Virus record (IMG/VR): IMGVR_UViG_3300049173_000078 | Span: 15,509-79,508 of that record | From: a virus | Reading direction: 5' to 3' (one strand) | Length of the DNA: 64,000 nucleotides | Part shown: positions 45,818 through 55,100 of the stretch, one piece after another | Numbering within the stretch: position 1 is the first letter of the stretch | Layout of the letters: the number at the start of each line of letters is the position of its first letter | The notes under the pieces: generated by a model | Databases searched by the model: none | Told to the model about the DNA's origin: nothing | What the model saw: only the letters and a program-made list of their open reading frames with translations | Translations under genes and position numbers: made by a program

Positions 45818-46030
45818 ATGAGGCAATGGCAGCAGGAACAGCCAGACGACGGGCTGGACGAGGAAGAAATCGAGACGCTGAACTCGGGCGCTTACGCCGA
45901 CGCGAGCGATGCAGAGATCTGCAAGGCGTCCGACCTCGGCGACCCCGTCGCATACGAGATCTTCGAGCGCTGGCCGAAGGAACGCCGCCAGGCCGCCACC
46001 CGAGCAGTAGACGCAGCCGATCAGGGCTGA
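45818..46030 (+). CDS. Small acidic protein, antisense moron in the tail operon
   Basis: 70 aa with 18 D/E; fills a 250-bp gap that has no convincing minus-strand gene. Confidence 0.55.
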   Translation: MRQWQQEQPDDGLDEEEIETLNSGAYADASDAEICKASDLGDPVAYEIFERWPKERRQAATRAVDAADQG

Positions 46031-46040
46031 CATCGGCAGG

Positions 46041-46445
46041 TTAGCGCCCAAGCCGCAGGGCGCGCGCCAGGAAGTTGTTCGCCCGGGTGCCGGGGTGGCG
46101 AACCTGCTTGGCGAAGACGACGCGGCCGCCGGTCTCGAAGCGCAGCATCGCCGCTCGCCGCGGGTTCCTGGCCGACCGCGAACGGCGCGGCCGGATGATG
46201 TGCGGCCGCGTCCCGTCGAGGACGAACCTGACGGCCGGGTGGTCGCAGACGATGACGCCCTGAAGACCGCGCGGCCCCTCGGTGACGTCCCACGACACGT
46301 AATCGCCCATGCTGCCGGGCGCCTCGGCCTCCGCGATGTCCGCGACGCGCTCGGTCCGCTGCCGTAGCTTCCGCTCGACCGGTCCGCCGCGGCGCCGCAG
46401 CAGGCGCGCGATCACGCTCGGGTCGATCCTGACCTCGACACTCAC
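46041..46445 (-). CDS. HK97 gp10-like tail completion protein
   Basis: V.DGTRPHIIRP...LRF...VFAK.V.HPGT.AN.FL. Confidence 0.75.
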   Translation of the reverse strand: MSVEVRIDPSVIARLLRRRGGPVERKLRQRTERVADIAEAEAPGSMGDYVSWDVTEGPRGLQGVIVCDHPAVRFVLDGTRPHIIRPRRSRSARNPRRAAMLRFETGGRVVFAKQVRHPGTRANNFLARALRLGR

Positions 46446-47026
46446 GGGTTGACTCCTTCCTCGGGGCACGAGCAGCCAGGCAGCGCGATCGTGACGCGCT
46501 GCTCGACGCCGACACAGCCGCCCTCGGGCCCGATGATCCGTTGCGCGCCGACGACGAACTTCGGGCCACGCCGGGCCGGTCCGATGCTCGGCAGGCAGCA
46601 GTACAGGGCGTTCATGATGGTGACGGCGTCGACGTGCACGACCTGCGCCGCGGCGGCCTGCTCGTCGCAGGACGGCGGGCAACCGTTCCCGTCGGCAGTC
46701 GGCACGCACCGCAGCAGGGTGACGACCAGTTCGACGGCGGTCGCCGGCGGCCCGCAGTTGCGGATGCCCTGCACGTCGTTGGACTGTGTCGGGAACTCGC
46801 TCGACGGGTACAGCCGGGCCACGTTCACCGTGAGCTGCCCGCCGGCTTCGCCCGAGCAGGGGTCGGCGCAACTATCCCATGCGGGCGTGCCCGGCACGAC
46901 ACAGGACCGGCAGGGTGGACAGCCGGGCTGTCCGTCGACCTCGGATGCCGTCTCCTCCAACGCCGCGCACACACAGGCGAGGACGGCCTGAGCCATGTCG
47001 TGAACGGCCATCGCGCGAAGCGCCAC
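46442..47026 (-). CDS. Tail terminator-like protein
   Basis: Synteny in the head-tail block; Cys-rich. Confidence 0.55.
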   Translation of the reverse strand: MALRAMAVHDMAQAVLACVCAALEETASEVDGQPGCPPCRSCVVPGTPAWDSCADPCSGEAGGQLTVNVARLYPSSEFPTQSNDVQGIRNCGPPATAVELVVTLLRCVPTADGNGCPPSCDEQAAAAQVVHVDAVTIMNALYCCLPSIGPARRGPKFVVGAQRIIGPEGGCVGVEQRVTIALPGCSCPEEGVNP

Positions 47027-47038
47027 GGCGGGGCCTCC

Positions 47039-47848
47039 TTATGGCCAGGTCTGCGCCCGTGGGCGCCGGAAGTCGGGTGAGTAGACGCGGCTCGGCGACG
47101 TCTGGCGGTAGGGGTTGACGGTCGTCAGCCACAGGTCGACGAGCGGCAGGCCGGTGCGCATCTCGGAGTAGATGAGCGTCGGGTCGCTGAACTCCTGGTC
47201 GACGCCCTGCCGGCTCAGCCGCGTGACGTTCGCCGGCATTTTGCAGCCGCACGACCCGGAGCCGCCGCAGCCCTTGAGGAAGTGGCAGACGAGTTCGCTG
47301 TACGCGGCGATCGCGGCGTCGTCGAGGTGCAGCCCGATCCGGTAGTGAACGGCGAACGTGCCGGGCTGCCCGAGCGGCGCGGCCATGTCCTGGCAGTCGG
47401 GCCAGCAGCCGCCGTCGGTCCGCACGAGCATCCCGGCGTCGTCGACGCGGTACGCCGTCGCGGGCAGGGTGACGCCGTCGACTTCGACGCCGAGCACGTC
47501 GTACACCGGCCCTTCGAGGCGGACTTCGCAGAGCTCGGTGCACGAGCAGTCGGAACGGCAGCCGCACACGCTCGCGTTGCGCCACGCCCCGTCGCTGCCG
47601 ATGTACGGGATCCACGGCGAGCCGTACGACGTAGACGCCGCGAGCGGCAGTTCGTCGAGGCAGCGGCGACGGCAGGGGCGCACGGTGTACGGGCATGACG
47701 GACCCCACCGCCGGCCGGACAGGTTGAACAGGATCGTCGTCGCGACGCGGCGCCAACGGTCCAGGACCGCCGCGTCGACGCCTTCGGCCGCCGAGCAGCA
47801 TGAGTCGTCGAACGGCCACGGCTCGCACAGCGGCGTTTGCAGCGCCAT
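47039..47848 (-). CDS. Head-to-tail adaptor-like protein
   Basis: AT.ILF.LSGR.WG.C, V.VDG..L....YR, SRQGV, TGL..VD.WL..VNP. Confidence 0.7.
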   Translation of the reverse strand: MALQTPLCEPWPFDDSCCSAAEGVDAAVLDRWRRVATTILFNLSGRRWGPSCPYTVRPCRRRCLDELPLAASTSYGSPWIPYIGSDGAWRNASVCGCRSDCSCTELCEVRLEGPVYDVLGVEVDGVTLPATAYRVDDAGMLVRTDGGCWPDCQDMAAPLGQPGTFAVHYRIGLHLDDAAIAAYSELVCHFLKGCGGSGSCGCKMPANVTRLSRQGVDQEFSDPTLIYSEMRTGLPLVDLWLTTVNPYRQTSPSRVYSPDFRRPRAQTWP

Positions 47849-47881
47849 CTCAGGCCCTCTCGTCGACGTGGGGTGGGAACG

Positions 47882-47917
47882 GGGCAGCCGCGCGGCGCTC
47901 GGGCCGCGCGGCTGCCC
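47882..47917. terminator. Hairpin downstream of the major tail gene
   Basis: Perfect 15-bp stem with 6-nt loop. Confidence 0.8.
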
Positions 47918-47943
47918 TGTGGCCGCTCAGGAAGCCCACCGGG

Positions 47944-48624
47944 TCACGGCGTGGCCGGGACGGTCGCGTAGTCACACGACGGGACCGGCGGCGGCGTGGT
48001 GGTGATGAACGTCCGGCGGTGGCAGGACGCGTCGAGCGGGGTCAGCATCGGGCCCGGGGTGCCCGCGGCGTCGGCCGGCTGCACGTCGTAGGGGCCGACG
48101 CCCCACGAACCGCCCGCCTTGGTCGAGCCGGTGATCTGGAGCGTGACGGCTTCGCTGCCGATCTCCAGGTCGCCGAGCAGGCCGTTACTGACCCACGGCA
48201 GAAGGAAGTAGATCCACTGCCCTTCGGCGCCTTCCTCGCACTCGTTGCCGAGGACCTCGGCCCACAGCTCCAGCGCGAAGCCCGAGTCACACTTGACGGA
48301 GCAGGTGTCGAAGCCGATCGGCTTCCCGTCGAACCCCAGGTAGACGGGGTTACCGGTGAGGATCTCGATCAGCTCCGGGGAGACCGAGAACACGTTCAGT
48401 TCAAGATCGAATCCCCGGAACGTCGGACAGCCCTTCTTGTAGCCGCACACGCGGCCGTTGGCCGCCTTGTACTCGATGTCGTCGCCGTCGTCGGAGTTGT
48501 TGTTCATCGCCAGGCTGGCGAAGCAGTCGAAGACGAATCCGTTGAGACCGGCGACTGGATTCCCGCACTGGTCGAGGCGCGTGACGCGCATGACGTCGGC
48601 GTTGGCAATGAGCGGACAGGACAC
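47944..48624 (-). CDS. Major tail protein
   Basis: RVTRLD.CG, F.LELW, W.VGPYDV; has its own promoter element and terminator. Confidence 0.75.
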   Translation of the reverse strand: MSCPLIANADVMRVTRLDQCGNPVAGLNGFVFDCFASLAMNNNSDDGDDIEYKAANGRVCGYKKGCPTFRGFDLELNVFSVSPELIEILTGNPVYLGFDGKPIGFDTCSVKCDSGFALELWAEVLGNECEEGAEGQWIYFLLPWVSNGLLGDLEIGSEAVTLQITGSTKAGGSWGVGPYDVQPADAAGTPGPMLTPLDASCHRRTFITTTPPPVPSCDYATVPATP

Positions 48625-48653
48625 GGCCGCACCCTCCTGAAGGATCAGAGGGC

Positions 48654-48687
48654 CCGGCCCAAAACCAGCGGCTCAACGTTGAGTTTA
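48654..48687 (-). promoter_or_regulatory. Late promoter element, copy 6
   Basis: TAAACT-N10-CCGCTGGTTTTGGGCCGG. Confidence 0.7.
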
Positions 48688-48704
48688 TCTGTCGACGATC
48701 AGCG

Positions 48705-49010
48705 CTAAGGGGCCGTCGCCGTCGCGTGCACGGTGACCCCCGCCGCGGGCGTACCCGAGGCGAGGACGCCGATACCGAGGACGGTCACGCCGGCTGCCTG
48801 AAGCACGTTGACCGTCGTCGACGTCGCGGTGTTCGCCGAGATCCGCGCGGAGCGGAATCCCGCCCCCGCCTCGATGGCGAGCGCGACGACCGGCGGGCCC
48901 GGGAACGCCCCGGCGGGCCAGTTGAAGACGGCCGAGCCGTTGGCGTCCGTGACGGCAGTCGCGCGTTCCTGCCGTCGCTGCGGCGCCTCGTAGTCCCCGG
49001 CCGTGCTCAT
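48705..49010 (-). CDS. Small beta-domain virion protein, paralog of the 37734..38231 C-terminus
   Basis: VTDANG.A.F.W....F..PPVV...ATS.TV.V. Confidence 0.6.
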   Translation of the reverse strand: MSTAGDYEAPQRRQERATAVTDANGSAVFNWPAGAFPGPPVVALAIEAGAGFRSARISANTATSTTVNVLQAAGVTVLGIGVLASGTPAAGVTVHATATAP

Positions 49011-49480
49011 CAGATCTCGCGGGTCGACGAGACGAGGAAGTCACTGCCCGCGACGCCGGTGAATACGTAGGCGTCTTGCAGGCTCTCGCCGGCGTCGCCG
49101 CCTCGATCGACGCCCCACGTGAGCGAGGTCCCGGCCGCGACCGCGACCGGCGCGCCGCCGCCGATCGCGACGGTGGGGGTGCCGGCGTAGACGAGGAGCG
49201 TGATCGAGCGGGCCCCGGCCGGGATGGTGATCGCGCCCGCGGTGGTCTGCCGCTGGATCGTGCCGTCGAGGACAGGGTTCGGCGGGGCTACAGGTGCCTC
49301 GCAGCGCCGTACGGTCCCGACGGGCACGTACGCGGCGCCGTCGAGGTTCGTGTCCACGTGGGCCAGGGCGCCAGTGTCGTCGAGGACGTAGCGGCGCAGG
49401 AACGCGCCGTTCGAGTCGCAGAGGATCTCGTACTCGACGTCGGGCCTGCTGGCCGCGACGCTGCCGCTCGTGCCGGACAT
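49010..49480 (-). CDS. Single-module member of the LCD-FLR repeat family
   Basis: ILCDSNGAFLRRY...T.LDG..Y.P.GTV..C plus the shared C-terminal domain. Confidence 0.7.
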   Translation of the reverse strand: MSGTSGSVAASRPDVEYEILCDSNGAFLRRYVLDDTGALAHVDTNLDGAAYVPVGTVRRCEAPVAPPNPVLDGTIQRQTTAGAITIPAGARSITLLVYAGTPTVAIGGGAPVAVAAGTSLTWGVDRGGDAGESLQDAYVFTGVAGSDFLVSSTREI

Positions 49481-49505
49481 AAGGGCCTCCCAGGGAGATC
49501 GGGGG

Positions 49506-49976
49506 TCACGCGACGCGCGCGTACCGCAGGGTTGTTTGCTGGAGCGCGCCGGAACCGATACCGGCAACCTCGGTGGTCCCGGAAATATCGGTCCGAGAGG
49601 CTTCGAGCCGGATCGTCCTCGGGGACGTGACCGCGTAGGGAACGCTGATCGCAGCGGAGTCGTTCCACTGCAACGCGGTCGCGGCGCCCCCGGCGAACTC
49701 GGCGATCTGCACGACGATGGCCTCACTGAAGGGCACGACGGCGCCCGCAGTGACGTCCCACAGGCGGGCGCCGATGAACGCGTTCTCCCCCGTGGACATT
49801 CGGCCGATGTTGCCCCGGACCACCGCGTCGAGGTGGTAGGTGCCGGGCGCGGGAAGTGCGAGCGAGAGCCCGAGGTCGACCCATGCTCCGGAGGCGGCCG
49901 GCATGAGGTCGACGCCTGCCGGCAGTACGGCGAAGCCGTTGCCGCGGATGCTGATACTGGCTGCCGTTCCGGTCAT
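49506..49976 (-). CDS. Beta-sandwich tip-like protein, cassette 1
   Basis: LPAPGTYHLDAVVRG; paralog of the next three genes. Confidence 0.65.
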   Translation of the reverse strand: MTGTAASISIRGNGFAVLPAGVDLMPAASGAWVDLGLSLALPAPGTYHLDAVVRGNIGRMSTGENAFIGARLWDVTAGAVVPFSEAIVVQIAEFAGGAATALQWNDSAAISVPYAVTSPRTIRLEASRTDISGTTEVAGIGSGALQQTTLRYARVA

Positions 49977-50605
49977 GCCGGGGTGTCTCCTTCCGGAGCG
50001 ACCCAGTGGGCCGTGATGCTGACGCGTCCGTCGCCGTTGCTGACCACCGCAGCGGTTCCGCTCGTTCCGAGGCGACACGCCCCGAGTCGCACGGTGTCCC
50101 CGGCGACGAACGCGTGCATGCCCTGGCGGCAGGCCGACGCCTGGATCTGCTTGCCCTGATCGAGCGCGGCTTCGTTGTGGTAGATCACCAGGGCTTCGGT
50201 GCCTGGGACGAGCGCCCCGTTTTTGTACAGGCTCGCGACAACACCCGTGTCGATGGCCGCCGCTCCTGGCGCCGGAAGTTGCGCGACGCCGCGCACCTGG
50301 TAAGTGACCTCCCACACCCCAGCGCGCGGGATGACCAGCGTCGGCAGCTCGGTGACGACTTCCCACGCGCGGCTTGCTCCGGTGAGCGAATGGAGAAAAT
50401 CGGTCGGTGCGGTCTGCGCCCATGCCGAGTCGACGCCGATCCGCCAGGTTTGCGGGCAGTCGCCGTCGACGGGAGGTGTGACGGTCAGGCCCGGGTTCAC
50501 TCCGATCAGCACCTCGGGCACGAGCAGCCCGGATGCCGTCTCGGCCAGCGCGTTGCACGGGGCCGGATCAGGTCGGGATCGGATGCTGGCTGCCGTTCCG
50601 GTCAT
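49973..50605 (-). CDS. Beta-sandwich tip-like protein, cassette 2
   Basis: DPAPCNAL..TASGLLVP; IPRAGVWEVTYQVRG. Confidence 0.65.
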   Translation of the reverse strand: MTGTAASIRSRPDPAPCNALAETASGLLVPEVLIGVNPGLTVTPPVDGDCPQTWRIGVDSAWAQTAPTDFLHSLTGASRAWEVVTELPTLVIPRAGVWEVTYQVRGVAQLPAPGAAAIDTGVVASLYKNGALVPGTEALVIYHNEAALDQGKQIQASACRQGMHAFVAGDTVRLGACRLGTSGTAAVVSNGDGRVSITAHWVAPEGDTPA

Positions 50606-51294
50606 CAGTCGCTGACCTTCTGCCACATGATTCCCTGCTGGGGGATGCCGCTGGCCAGGTAGTGCTGAAGGTTGGCGTTGGCCTGTGTTCCCCCGTCGGC
50701 GGTCGCGCGCAGTCCTCGGATCTCGAATGTCGTCGGAGCGGTGATGGTGACGAACCCCTCGCATATCGCGTTGCCGCCGATGCTCTTGAGGCCGGTCTCC
50801 GGGTTCACCGTGCCGGGCTCGTCGTGAAGGAGCACCCATCGCGGGCTGCCGGTGACGAACTGATTCGTCGTGGTGTTGAACCACAGAGCCGTAATGGAGG
50901 CGATGTGACGGCCGTTGAAATTCCAGGTCGCGAGGGCGAAGAGGTGCGCGGTGAGCCGGTACACGCCCGGCTCGGGGAGCAGCACCTGGGAGTTCGGCAA
51001 GACAACCTGCTGCCCGATCGCCGACGTCCGCAGATCCGCCGTACCAGCGACACGGGACCCGAAGACAGGCGTCAACCGGGCCCCGACCGTCCAGGTCTCC
51101 GGGCACGCCCCGGCGGCCGGAGGTGTCACGTCCACGTCGACGGACCGCTCGGTGCCCACCGCCGTTCCCGGAGCGATGCCCGTGACCTGTGTACGCGGCA
51201 CAAGCAGGCCACTCGCGGTCTCCGTCAGAGCGTTGCACGCCGCCGGATCGAGCTTGGGGTCGATGCGGTACGTCCGCCCGCACGCTCCGGCCAT
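50605..51294 (-). CDS. Beta-sandwich tip-like protein, cassette 3
   Basis: LDPAACNALTETASGLLVPRT; LPEPGVYRLTAHL; ends in KVSD. Confidence 0.7.
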   Translation of the reverse strand: MAGACGRTYRIDPKLDPAACNALTETASGLLVPRTQVTGIAPGTAVGTERSVDVDVTPPAAGACPETWTVGARLTPVFGSRVAGTADLRTSAIGQQVVLPNSQVLLPEPGVYRLTAHLFALATWNFNGRHIASITALWFNTTTNQFVTGSPRWVLLHDEPGTVNPETGLKSIGGNAICEGFVTITAPTTFEIRGLRATADGGTQANANLQHYLASGIPQQGIMWQKVSD

Positions 51295-51941
51295 CAGTCG
51301 CTCACCTTCTTGAAGCGGAAGTTGTTGGCCCAGACGACTTTCTGCGAGGTGACTCCGGAGTCGGTACGCCAGGACCCTTCAACTCGGATCGTGGTCGGCC
51401 CGGCCACCTGATACAGCGCCGCCGCCGACGCGTCGGCCTGTATGCCGTTCGTGCCCGTGGCGTTCTGGTCGGTGAACAGGATGATGCGCCGAGCGGACAG
51501 CGGTATTGCGGCGCCGGCGGTGACGTCGAAAAGCCTTGCGTCGATGATCGCGTTCGTGACGCCGGCCCCCCACGCGATGGACCCCTGCACGTCCGCGATC
51601 AGCTCATAGACCCCGGCTTCCGGAAGCACCAACTGCGCGCCCGTGACGGGCACCCACACGTTGGCGGCAGCAGCGTCGAGGCTCACGGCGCCCGAGGTCT
51701 GCCCGGATACGGGCGTGAGGCGGGCGCCGACCGTCCACGTCGCCGGGCAGGCCGCCGCGGCGGGCGCCGTCACGTCCACGTCGACGGAACGCGACGTACC
51801 GACCGCCGTTCCGGGCGCGATGCCCGCCACTTCGGTGCGCGGCACGAGCAGCCCGGCCGCCGACTGTTCGAGGGCGTTGCAGCCGGCCGGATCGAGGCGC
51901 GGCACAGTGCGGACGCTGCCGCAGCAGTTACCGGCCATCAC
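51294..51941 (-). CDS. Beta-sandwich tip-like protein, cassette 4
   Basis: LDPAGCNALEQSAAGLLVPRT; LPEAGVYELIADVQG; ends in KVSD. Confidence 0.7.
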   Translation of the reverse strand: MMAGNCCGSVRTVPRLDPAGCNALEQSAAGLLVPRTEVAGIAPGTAVGTSRSVDVDVTAPAAAACPATWTVGARLTPVSGQTSGAVSLDAAAANVWVPVTGAQLVLPEAGVYELIADVQGSIAWGAGVTNAIIDARLFDVTAGAAIPLSARRIILFTDQNATGTNGIQADASAAALYQVAGPTTIRVEGSWRTDSGVTSQKVVWANNFRFKKVSD

Positions 51942-52147
51942 TCACCGCCGGTTGGGGCGGGGAGCGGGTCGGCCGCGAGGTCGGGCAGGCTCGCCAGGTA
52001 GGCGGCTTCGTCGACTTCCTCGTAGCCCAGCTCGGCATACGGGGAGTCGTCTCGCAGGTTGTAGACGACCTGAACGCCCTCACCGTCCTTCGCAAAGTAG
52101 CGAGGGTTTCGGACCGGCTCCGCGGCCTCGATGGTCTCGTCGCTCAT
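51938..52147 (-). CDS. Small acidic protein, possible fibre chaperone
   Basis: ATG with AGAGG RBS; YEEVDEAAY resembles the chaperone-like paralogs. Confidence 0.5.
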   Translation of the reverse strand: MSDETIEAAEPVRNPRYFAKDGEGVQVVYNLRDDSPYAELGYEEVDEAAYLASLPDLAADPLPAPTGGE

Positions 52148-52160
52148 GGCGCGCCTCTCC

Positions 52161-55100
52161 TTACCGGTAGGTCCAGTTGAGCAGGTAGTTCGCGGCGGCC
52201 GTCGTGCCGACGAACGTGGCGTGATCAAGCGTTGTGTCGTCGTCCTTGGCGACGGACCACGTCATCGTCACGCCGGCCGGGATCGTCACGTTCGCTCCGC
52301 TCGACATCGTCACGGCGACGAAGCCCGAGAGAACCGTCAGGGTGACGCTCTGCAAGCCGGAGAACTCGGCGGCGAGTTGCTGGTTGGCGATCCCCGTGAC
52401 GTTGCGAACGCCGGTCAGCACAGGACCCGGAAGCGCATCCGCCGCAGTGCATTCCACGGGCGCGACCGGCGCGTAGGGCTGGGTGAGGTCTCCGTCGAGG
52501 TAGGTGCCCAGCAGGGTCGGGGCGGCGCCGTCGCACGGGTCGACGGCCCACAGCTCGGTGTACGTGACGTCACCGGTGCCGTCGCCGTCGGTGTCGTCGC
52601 AGCCGCACCGCTCGATCACTTGCTTCGTGCACGACTCATTGGCGCCCGGGCACGGAACGACCGTCGCCCCGTCGGGGAGGGCGTCCTGTCGTACGCCGAG
52701 GTCGTCGAGGTAGTACATCTCGCCGTCGGTGCAGACGACCTGTGTCCACTCAAGGTATGCGGAGGCGTCGACGTCATACTCGGCAATGACGTGCAGGAGG
52801 ATCCCCGCCGCGCCCGTCGGGAACACCGTCTCCCGGACGTGGACGACGATTTCGTTGACGCCCGCCTGTGCCCCGGGAACCGCCGTCGGCGCGAGAGTGT
52901 AGGGCGGTGCGGTGTGGTTGCTGTTGACGGTCTGCCAAGCTCCCCCGTTCAGCCGCCACTCCACGGCGACTTGGTCAGCGTTCAGCGCGGTCGCCGAGAT
53001 ACGGATGGTGGCCGGGTCGGCGAACGACGGCAGTTGGAACGAGGCGCGCCCGTACCAGTCGGGCGTGCCTGCGGTGATCGCCGGACCCTCGCCCGGCAGG
53101 CCCGTGTTCGCGAGCTGACTGTCCGGGTGCGGCGCGATCCAGTGCGCCGTGCCCTCCGCGGTGCCCGGGTCGACGGTCGTCCAGCCGGGGTATACGCCGA
53201 CCCGATAGGTCGGGAACCAGGGACCGGCGAGGCTCTGCCCCCATGTCCAATCGGCGTCGACTCCGCTGGTGGCCGCGCCCGGATTGCTCAGGAACTCCAC
53301 CCGCCCGGAGGGGCGGACGCAGATCGGGGTGAGCTCGCATTCCGCGGGCTGGCACTGTCCCACGGCGCCCGTCGGGGCGTACGCGGTTTGTCCGTCGAGC
53401 GTGGTGTCGCGGTGGTCGGTCAGGGCGCCGGTCGCGGCGTCGTAGACGTAGTGCCGCAGGAACTCGGTCACGGTGCCGTCGGCGGCGGTGTCGCACAGCA
53501 GCAGAGGTTCGATGTCGTATTGCGGCTGGGACGCCCCGGAGTCCGCGCACTGGCGGACAGCCCCGATGAGGGTGTAAGGAGTGACGCCGTCCAGGGCGGT
53601 GTCTGTGGTGCGAGTGACCGCGCCGTCGCAGTCGCGGCAGATGGTGCGCAGGAACTGCCCGCTGGGGGTCGCGCTGACGGCGCCGACCCAGTAGTCGAAG
53701 AACCGCCCGCACAGGGCGATACGGCTGTTGGGCGGCGGCGCCGTCGTGAACTGCGTGACCGCGCTCGCGGTACGGAAGCGGGCGCTCGTCTCCACCTGCG
53801 GGTCAGTCACATACGAGCAGGGCTCGGCCGGGGTGGTGTCCGACGTGCGAGTCAGCACACCGGTTGACGCGTCGTAGGAATAGCCGGTCGGCAGGTGCAC
53901 GACGTCCAGCCCGGCGGGGAGCTGAGCCGTGTTGAGAGACGAGTTGACCGCGTTGAAGTGGAGATAGACCGAGAACTCCACGACAGACGGTCGCGAGAAC
54001 GTCCACTTCGTGGGGGCAACAGAAGGGTTGGGGAAGATGTGCAGCCCCCACCATGATCCGTCGCTGTTGTTGTAGGCGGGCGGCATCGCCTGAGTCCCGG
54101 CGGTGTTCGTCGCCGTCCAGGTCACGCCGTTCGACAGGCTTCCGGAAGCGGCGGCACCGGTGATCGTGGCCTCGGTGTCGGCGCCGTCGTCGCACAGCAG
54201 CAGCGTTTCGCAGTGCTGGCAGTCGGTCGGTTCGCAAGTGCTGGCCGTGCCGAGCACGGTGTACGCCGTGGTGCCGTCGAGCTCGGTGTCCGTGGTGGAG
54301 GTGACCGTGCCGTCGCAGCCGCGGCAGACGGTGCGCAGGAACGGGTACGGCTGCGCGGGGGCGGCCTCGATGTTGTCGAAGCCGATGGCTCCGCCTGTGA
54401 CAGACGCTGTGAAGTCGACGCTGTTCGCGACGCGCGGCAGGTAGATGTACGTGATGTAGTCGCCTGCGTTCGCCCCTCCCGAGGTGTCGCCGGACATGGT
54501 CGACGTCGCGTCAGCGGTGAGGATCCTCGTCGCCGGGGCGTAGGTGTGGTGCGAGGACAGCGACAGCACTTCCGCGCCGGGCGGCAGGGTCAGCGTCTGG
54601 TCGTGGGCGAGGCTGACGCCGATACGGATTTGAGCAGGCTTCGAGGTGGACAGCGTCGACGTGAGAGACGCGGCGGTCGGCAGCCAGCTCCGCATGTTGG
54701 TGTCGGGGTAGACGCCGCCGGCGGGGATGTTCCGCGTCCAGGTGACCGTGACGCCGTTCGCGAGCGTCTCGGGCGTGGCCTGCCCCTGCACCGTGGCCCA
54801 TTCGCCGGGGCCTGGCGTGACGTCGCAGAGCTGCACCGTCTCGCAGGTGAGGCACGGCGACGAGCAGACGCCGACGGTGCCGGTCGGTGTGTAGGCGGTG
54901 CCGTCGAGGAGGTAGTCACTGTGCCCGGTGATCGCGCCGTTCTCGTCCCGGCGGAAGTCGCGCAGGAACTCGGTCACCGTGCCGTCGGCGGCCGTGTCAC
55001 ACAGGACTACGGCGTCTTGCTCGGGCTGCTCCACCCCGGCCGGGCAGGTCGTCACGGTGCCGGTCGGCGTGTAGGTGCCGCCCGTGACGGCGTCGACGAG

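Noticed and set aside
45710-46051. 113-aa minus-strand ORF between gp10-like and chaperone genes
   Set aside because: It spans the late promoter element and looks like the antisense of the acidic plus-strand ORF
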